A program made the position numbers and the translations under genes. A stretch of DNA of 64,000 nucleotides from Nitrososphaerota archaeon. Its GTDB lineage: Archaea > Thermoproteota > EX4484-205 > JAAOZP01. Location of the stretch: NCBI GenBank assembly GCA_011605725.1, contig JAAOZP010000017.1, positions 32,001 to 96,000 on the forward strand. Direction: 5' to 3'. Numbering within the stretch: the stretch's first letter is position 1; the number at the start of each line of letters is the position of its first letter. This document shows, piece by piece, positions 58,084 to 64,000 of the stretch. A model generated the notes under the pieces. The model saw only the letters and a program-made list of their open reading frames with translations. It ran no database searches and had not been told where the DNA came from.

Positions 58084-58956
58084 TTAATACTGGCCTAGGG
58101 CACCTTCCCTTCTAGTCGAGTCGTAAGCCTTTTTGAAGAACCATAGTGAAAAAGGCAGTACCACTACTATGAAAAGCACGAGCTTTAAAGTGTTCTCCAT
58201 TATCATGGGGCTGTCGAACCCCTCACCATTCATCAAGCACCTCCTTAACCCGTCAAGAGAGTAGGTTAGTGGGAACGCGTTTCCAACCCATTTAAGCCAG
58301 TCGGGCAGCAAACCCAGAGGGTAGAGGACTCCGGAGAAAAGCTGGGTTAGCCACGAGAAGGCCCAGACTATTGGGTCACCCTGCTTAAGCTTGAGTATCA
58401 TTGCAGCCCCGAGCACTCCGATAACCATGTGGCTTGCAACCAGCAGGATGGTTAAAACGAGTGCAGCGGTAATCGACCCAGGGGTTAAGAGTAGTCTTAT
58501 TCCCAGGAGCACTCCCATGCCGAGTGAGGCAAGCAGGAAGTAGGAGCCTATTATGAATCTGAAGGCAGACTCTCCTAGGAGAAAAACCCTGAAGCTCGTG
58601 TTTGAGGAAAGGAGTGTCTCCATAGTTCCGTTCCACTGCTCCTCCCTTATCGCGTCTGAAAGGCTTGAAACAGAGGCGAAAACATAATGTTGTAAGGATA
58701 TTCCTATGACTGAGAAGGTTAGATAGTCTGCAGCATATCCTGCATCAATCAACGCTTGCGGAGTGACGATCATAGATACGAAGTAGTATGTTGCCACGAA
58801 AGTCAGGGAGCTTAGAACGTCCAGCGTTATCCAGAGCTTATACGTCCACCAGATTTTAAAATCCCGAATAATGAAGGCAACGGCTTTTTCAACAGCACCA
58901 ACTCTTCCTCGCGGAATGTTTTCTGCCATGTATTTAACAATATCCTCAACCCTCAA
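58084..58956 (-). CDS. ABC-2 type exporter permease
   Basis: EQWNGTMETLL, FSGVLYP..LLP.W, PLTYSLDGLR. Confidence 0.9.
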   Translation of the reverse strand: MRVEDIVKYMAENIPRGRVGAVEKAVAFIIRDFKIWWTYKLWITLDVLSSLTFVATYYFVSMIVTPQALIDAGYAADYLTFSVIGISLQHYVFASVSSLSDAIREEQWNGTMETLLSSNTSFRVFLLGESAFRFIIGSYFLLASLGMGVLLGIRLLLTPGSITAALVLTILLVASHMVIGVLGAAMILKLKQGDPIVWAFSWLTQLFSGVLYPLGLLPDWLKWVGNAFPLTYSLDGLRRCLMNGEGFDSPMIMENTLKLVLFIVVVLPFSLWFFKKAYDSTRREGALGQY

Positions 58957-58966
58957 ACTCAGCCAC

Positions 58967-59845
58967 CTAGTAGGATGAAGTGGTTCCCTCCCTCCTTATC
59001 CTATTATAACCCCAAGCCAGCGTTTTCAAACCCAGTGGGACGAGCATAATGCTGAAGACCCCCAGAACCACTATGTCGGTTAAAACTTTCAAATCAAGGA
59101 TTGAGGCGCCGAGTATTAGCACCCTCCTCATACCGTCTAGGGCATAGGTATATGGGAAGAGCATTGATAGAAGCTGTACGGCTGGGAAGCGTTTAAGCAG
59201 TTCCAAAGGATATAGGACTCCGGCGAGAAACTCGTTGACTGCTGCAAGTATGAATACTAGCGGGTCGCCCCTCTTGTAAACCATTATTATTCCCGCAGCC
59301 ACTAATCCTAAGGCTTGGTTTGAAACAAGCATCAACACGAATAGGGTTATGAACAAGAATAGTGACTGAGGGGTGAACGAGAGTTTTGCACCAAGCCCAT
59401 AAACCCCGACGGTGAACACCCCCACCAGGTAGATTAGGCTAACTAAGTATCCGCGTGCCGTGAGACCTATGAAGAATATGAACATGTTTATCGGGGTTAC
59501 TGCAATAGTTTCAAGAGTACCTCCTCTTATTTCATGCTGGATCGAGTGGCTCAGCCTCGTTAAGCATGCCCAAAGATAGTTTGAGGTGGCTACTCCAACC
59601 AGGGAGAAGGCGAGATAGCTGGTCCCCCAGCCGCTCTGCGAAAGCCGGGTCGGGTCGACCTGCATGCCTACGAAGTAGTACATGACGACTGAGGCGAATG
59701 TGCTTAAAAGATCCATTATGAGCCAAGACTTATAGGCCAACATCATTTTAAGCTGGGACCAAACAACTGCAGAGAGTTGTCTTAAACTAGATTTAGTCCG
59801 CTTCTCCTCAACCATGAAGAGCTTTAGAACCTCAAGTCTATTCAT
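58967..59845 (-). CDS. ABC-2 type exporter permease (paralog of 58084-58956)
   Basis: EIRGGTLETI..TP, LAGVLYP, PYTYALDGMR. Confidence 0.9.
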   Translation of the reverse strand: MNRLEVLKLFMVEEKRTKSSLRQLSAVVWSQLKMMLAYKSWLIMDLLSTFASVVMYYFVGMQVDPTRLSQSGWGTSYLAFSLVGVATSNYLWACLTRLSHSIQHEIRGGTLETIAVTPINMFIFFIGLTARGYLVSLIYLVGVFTVGVYGLGAKLSFTPQSLFLFITLFVLMLVSNQALGLVAAGIIMVYKRGDPLVFILAAVNEFLAGVLYPLELLKRFPAVQLLSMLFPYTYALDGMRRVLILGASILDLKVLTDIVVLGVFSIMLVPLGLKTLAWGYNRIRREGTTSSY

Positions 59846-60819
59846 TTCTCCTCATCAGTCAAGCTTAGAAAGACTTCTTCAAGATTTGGGAGAGCGACCT
59901 GAACTCCTATCGTTCTCAACCCGTTTAAGCTGAATACTTTAGGGATTTCTGATAACGCTTGCTCCTCATCTCTAACCTCAGCCCTGATAACGGTATGATC
60001 CTCCTCTGACTCAACGCTTATAATCCTCTTAACAACCCTTAACCCCTCTAAAATCCTAACCGCCTCTTCAGCAGAGCCTCGGAACCTAACTTCAACACCC
60101 ATGTATTTCCTAGTTATTTCGCTAAGCCGGAGTGGAGTGTCAACCGCGATGACTCTACCTTTATTCATCACAGCTATTCTGTCGCAAAGCCTTTCAGCTT
60201 CAAATATGTTGTGAGTTGTGAAGACAATCGTCTTATGAAGCTCCCTGCAGAGAGCCTGCAGTAGCCTGCGGGTCTCTATTGCCCCTGTAGCGTCAAGCCC
60301 AACAGTCGGCTCATCCATAAGCAGTATTGGCGCGTTGGAAAGCAGTGTTCTCGCCAGCATGACTCTCATTTTCATGCCTGTGGAGAAATCCTTAACAAGC
60401 CTGTCAGCATCCTTGTCTAATTCGAAGAACTCGAGCAGGGCGTCTATCCTTCTTCTGGCTACGTCTTTAGGAATGTTCTGCAGATAGGCGTAGAACTTTA
60501 AGTTGTCTCTTGCTGAAAGCCTCCAGTAGAGAGCCCTCCCACCTGTTTCCCCGTGTAACCATCCTATACATTCCCTAACCTTTTCAGCATCCTTAACGAC
60601 GTCAAAACCAGCCACTCTCGCAGTACCCTCGTCGGGAATAACCAGTGTGCAAAGAATTTTTATCAAAGTCGTTTTACCGGCACCGTTTGGCCCTAAGAGA
60701 CCGAAAAACTCACCCTCCCTGATTGAAAGGCTTACATGGTCAACTGCTACGATTCTCTCTTTCCCGCCGTCTCCCTTGAAATACTTAGTTAGGTTCTCAG
60801 TCTCAACCGCTGTGTTCAT
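59842..60819 (-). CDS. ABC exporter ATP-binding protein
   Basis: GPNGAGKT, FSTGMK, LMDEPTVGLD, TTH. Confidence 0.93.
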   Translation of the reverse strand: MNTAVETENLTKYFKGDGGKERIVAVDHVSLSIREGEFFGLLGPNGAGKTTLIKILCTLVIPDEGTARVAGFDVVKDAEKVRECIGWLHGETGGRALYWRLSARDNLKFYAYLQNIPKDVARRRIDALLEFFELDKDADRLVKDFSTGMKMRVMLARTLLSNAPILLMDEPTVGLDATGAIETRRLLQALCRELHKTIVFTTHNIFEAERLCDRIAVMNKGRVIAVDTPLRLSEITRKYMGVEVRFRGSAEEAVRILEGLRVVKRIISVESEEDHTVIRAEVRDEEQALSEIPKVFSLNGLRTIGVQVALPNLEEVFLSLTDEEK

Positions 60820-61280
60820 GGGCTAACAGCTCTTCACCGTTTTTTGCTTAAACCACTTATTATTCTCTTAAAAACTTTTGGATTAAATTCTTCGGAGCAA
60901 CTAATTTGCCGTTAGAATCCCGTGGCAGGATGTGGGAGTATGATCGTGAATCCCGGATTAAGTGTGAGGCTGGATTAAAAAGGCTGTTGCTGCACATATC
61001 GTAGTTCAATTTAAACAGTTTTAACTTTTTTAATCATAAATCACTTTTTCTCCTATCGACCCGCATTCAACAGTCACGCGTATGTAGCAATTAAAACAGA
61101 CAAGGGTTGAACGGATTTTTATAAGAAACCAATTAAAAATATTCTAAACCCCACATGTCTTTCGAAAAAATTTAACGCATAAACCTTGTTTTCAACTGGA
61201 ACAAATATAAAGAAGAGGGATAAACCGTGATGAACTGTTTTGAACCATTCTGAACTATATAAGAACGTGTATGTAAAGAA

Positions 61281-61943
61281 GTGAAAGAAAGAATAATTGC
61301 AAAATTTATAAGAGAGGCCTACGATTACCTAAGCACCATGGCGGAAAGAGATCAGGAAGCTGAAGATGAGAAAACCGACTTCGATAAAATAATAGCACGT
61401 TACAGGATGGCTGTTTCAAAACGGGATGTAAAGGATACGGAGGAGAAGAAACCTACATCAGTAGTTGAAAAGAACATTCCTATGGAAATGCCAGTTAAGA
61501 AAGAAGAACCGATGATAACTGTTTCAAGACCTATTCAGAAAGACATCGTTACGGGCGAAGACACTGAGAAAATTTTCGAATGGGTTAAAGTTGTGGAAAG
61601 CGCTGTACAAAACTGCATCTCGCAATCCAAAGGATTGATTAGTTCAATAAGCGTATTGCTTCCCGACGGTATCACGTGCCTAAGCTTTGGCTCACGCATC
61701 GACATAGATGAAGACATTCTAGCCGCCTTCATAGGTGAGCAGTTTGAACTGTTCGAAAGCTACGGTAGCGTTCTGAAGATAGGTGAGGTAGAGGAGATAG
61801 AGTATACTGGGAAGAATAGTGTTGTCCTAATGAGATCAGGTGGTGGTCTAAGGCTGATGGCTCTGTTGAATGATAAACGTTACGTGAGACTGGCCAAGAT
61901 ATATTTGGAGAGAATGTTGAAAAGCATTCCGAGGCTTGAATGA
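61281..61943 (+). CDS. Roadblock/LC7 (MglB-like) domain protein with N-terminal extension
   Basis: C-terminal about 120 aa: SVLLPDGI...DEDILAA...LKIGEVEEIEYTGKNSVVLM...L.ALL....RLAK; charged low-complexity linker. Confidence 0.75.
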   Translation: MKERIIAKFIREAYDYLSTMAERDQEAEDEKTDFDKIIARYRMAVSKRDVKDTEEKKPTSVVEKNIPMEMPVKKEEPMITVSRPIQKDIVTGEDTEKIFEWVKVVESAVQNCISQSKGLISSISVLLPDGITCLSFGSRIDIDEDILAAFIGEQFELFESYGSVLKIGEVEEIEYTGKNSVVLMRSGGGLRLMALLNDKRYVRLAKIYLERMLKSIPRLE

Positions 61944-61952
61944 GAAACAGGT

Positions 61953-63152
61953 TTAGAACCCCGCTATTTCGTTAAAAGCCTTGCTCATTATTCTTAACCC
62001 ATTCCTTATGTTTTCAACAGAGTTGGCATAGCTTATCCTAACGTAGCCTTCCCCGAAAGACCCCATTGCTGACCCATGTAGCACTGCAACCCCATATTTT
62101 TCAAGCAGAATAGAAGCCAGTTTCAAACTGTTAATATTAGCCCTATTGATTATTTCCTTAACGTTGATAAATCCGTAGAAGGCTCCTCTAGGCCTAACCA
62201 TGTGGACACCATTCATTTTAGAGACTTCTTCAATAACAATCTCCCTCCTGGCAGCATATTGTTCAACCATCCGTTTGACAGCGCTAGAACCGTTTCTCAA
62301 GGCCTCTATCCCTCCTACCTGGATGAAGGAGGAAGGGCATGCCGTAATCAGGTTTAAGACGAGTTGAAGAGGCTCCGTCAAATGCTTCGGCGTAATCACG
62401 TAACCAAGCCTCCACCCCGTCATAGCATAGTATTTTGAGAAGCCGTCGACCACTATAGTGTTCTCCAGGTTTTCGTCAAACTGGATTGGAGAATAATGCT
62501 TCAAACCATCGTATATTATGTACCTGTACACCTCGTCGCTAACGACGTATGCACCAGCATCCTTAGCTATCTCAACAATACCTTTAACGTCATCCTTGCT
62601 TAAAACCGCTCCAGTAGGGTTTTCTGGAGAATTTATGATTATCGCCTTAGTCCTATCTGAAACAAGCTGGTTAACTTCCTCAGGAGTCATTCTAAACTCG
62701 TCCTCCTCCCTGAGCCTGACAGGCACAGGTTTCCCTCCGAAGAATCTCACCCCGCTCTCGTAAGCCGGGTAACCCGGGTTCGGATAAAGCACTTCATCCC
62801 CCTCCTCCACTATTGAAGCTAATGCTGCGAAAATAGCTTCCTTAGAGCCCAGTGTTACTGAAACGTTTTCAAAACATACTTCAACACCTAAATCATTAGC
62901 AGTCTTATCAGCAATTGCCTTCCTCAGCTCCAGCATGCCAGGAGTAGGAGTGTAATGTGTATTCCCATCTTTCAACGCCCTGATCGCAGCCTCCCTTATG
63001 TTAGCCGGCGTGACGAAATCAGGCTCGCCAATCTCTAGATGAATTATTCTTCTACCCTGTGTTTCAAGCATCTTTGCATTACCCAGCACTATGAAGGAGC
63101 TTTCGCCCTGTATGTTTAGGGCTCTTCGAGCAGCATTGAGTCTAGGTTTCAA
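61953..63152 (-). CDS. Class I/II PLP-dependent (aspartate-type) aminotransferase
   Basis: IGEPDF, NSPENPTG, SDEVY, GFSKYYAMTGWRLG, RISYA. TTG 63152 after a GGAGG SD preferred over 63230. Confidence 0.93.
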   Translation of the reverse strand: MKPRLNAARRALNIQGESSFIVLGNAKMLETQGRRIIHLEIGEPDFVTPANIREAAIRALKDGNTHYTPTPGMLELRKAIADKTANDLGVEVCFENVSVTLGSKEAIFAALASIVEEGDEVLYPNPGYPAYESGVRFFGGKPVPVRLREEDEFRMTPEEVNQLVSDRTKAIIINSPENPTGAVLSKDDVKGIVEIAKDAGAYVVSDEVYRYIIYDGLKHYSPIQFDENLENTIVVDGFSKYYAMTGWRLGYVITPKHLTEPLQLVLNLITACPSSFIQVGGIEALRNGSSAVKRMVEQYAARREIVIEEVSKMNGVHMVRPRGAFYGFINVKEIINRANINSLKLASILLEKYGVAVLHGSAMGSFGEGYVRISYANSVENIRNGLRIMSKAFNEIAGF

Positions 63153-63349
63153 TTTAACGCCGTCCTCCCAAGGAGGTGCTATTTCAACTTTTTCAAGCCT
63201 GATGAGGAAAAATATACGGTAAGGATACACGTAGCTGCTTTAGCTTCGCGCGCTACGGCAGAAAGGTTCGGATTTCCGGTTTTTAAGAGTCCTACAGGCC
63301 TTAGGATGGTTCCGATAAAAGCTTATTCGCCTCCCAGCTAAACTTATGT

Positions 63350-63664
63350 TTGGAAATGGTGGTCGTATTAGAATTCAGCATAGTTCCGGTTGGAGAGGGG
63401 ACAAGCCTTTCAAAAATCCTTGCCCACGCAATAAGGGAGCTTGAAAAAATGGGGGTTAAGTACGAGTTAAGCCCTATGTGCACAGTTTTCGAAGCACAGA
63501 GTCTCGAGGAGGCTTTGAAAATAGTGAGGATTGCGCATGAGGCTGTTTTTAAACAAGGTGTTAAACGGGCCGTTACAATCATAAAAATAGATGATAGGCG
63601 GGATGTGGAGAGAAGCATGAAGGATAAAATTGACTCTTTGAAGAAGGCTGTTGAAGGCGTTTAA
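63350..63664 (+). CDS. MTH1187/YkoF-like thiamine-binding protein (DUF77)
   Basis: [26 protein letters not shown]...[12 protein letters not shown]. Confidence 0.9.
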   Translation: MEMVVVLEFSIVPVGEGTSLSKILAHAIRELEKMGVKYELSPMCTVFEAQSLEEALKIVRIAHEAVFKQGVKRAVTIIKIDDRRDVERSMKDKIDSLKKAVEGV

Positions 63665-63713
63665 TACTTTCAACGGGAAAGCTTTTTATTTTAAACCGCT
63701 TAAAAGCAGGAGT

Positions 63714-64000
63714 ATGCTTAGCATGCTGAAGGTGTCAGGATCGAAGCCGATAAACGAGACCTACGATGTTATAATCATAGGCTCGGGACCTGCTGGTTTA
63801 ACCGCAGCAATATACACTGGCAGAGCGAGGCTGAAGACACTCGTCATAGCAGGCTCTTCTTGGGGAGGACAGTTAATGCTAACATCTCAGGTTGAGAACT
63901 ACCCGGGTTTTCCGGAGGGTATACTTGGACCAGACCTTATGAACAACATGTTGAAGCAGGCTGAACGATTTGGAGCTGAAATAGTTTTTGAAGACGCGGA
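63714..64000 (+). CDS. trxB: Thioredoxin-disulfide reductase (5' part, runs off the window)
   Basis: Not in the ORF track. Own translation: [40 protein letters not shown]...[26 protein letters not shown]. Confidence 0.92.
   Translation, partial: MLSMLKVSGSKPINETYDVIIIGSGPAGLTAAIYTGRARLKTLVIAGSSWGGQLMLTSQVENYPGFPEGILGPDLMNNMLKQAERFGAEIVFEDA

Noticed and set aside
61227-61253. GTGATGA-N16-CTGA motif upstream of the roadblock gene
   Set aside because: Only one box pair and no supporting stem; compatible with chance.
956-63673. Numerous antisense or nested ORFs in the six-frame track (e.g. 956-1423, 5100-5522, 16500-16946, 29734-30159, 45601-46197)
   Set aside because: They overlap well-supported genes on the opposite strand or frame and have Ser/Ile/Leu-skewed, motif-free translations typical of shadow ORFs.
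1-64000. CRISPR arrays, tRNA/rRNA genes, transposases or integrases
   Set aside because: No repeat-spacer periodicity, tRNA cloverleaf, rRNA-like tract or transposase/recombinase motif was seen by eye; intron-split tRNAs could be missed.

Overview
A 64 kb gene-dense chromosomal segment from a thermophilic or hyperthermophilic archaeon. Reverse gyrase, crenactin, TATA-like promoters, GGAGG/GGTGA Shine-Dalgarno sites and a Trm5-type methyltransferase point to the TACK group; the exact lineage cannot be fixed from sequence alone. About 55 CDS are supportable. They cover housekeeping (rsmA, pyrG, rgy, XPD helicase, Trm5, GTPBP1-like GTPase, sufS/sufU, cysK, speD/speE, partial trxB), four ABC systems, carbohydrate enzymes (GH1, GH130, sulfatase-like, Gfo/Idh/MocA), two Ig-repeat surface proteins and several regulators. 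No tRNA, rRNA, CRISPR array or intact mobile element was seen. The main signals lie partly outside the ORF track. (1) A complete TPP riboswitch with a readable Shine-Dalgarno-sequestering expression platform precedes a thiBPQ-like operon. (2) A four-box C/D sRNA has a D' guide complementary to the 16S rRNA anti-SD tail, and its two guides can pair with each other. (3) A minimal crenactin + arcadin-2 cytoskeletal operon has an arcadin-2 whose N-terminal domain looks like a degenerate nuclease fold. Family assignments come from motif recognition, not database searches.
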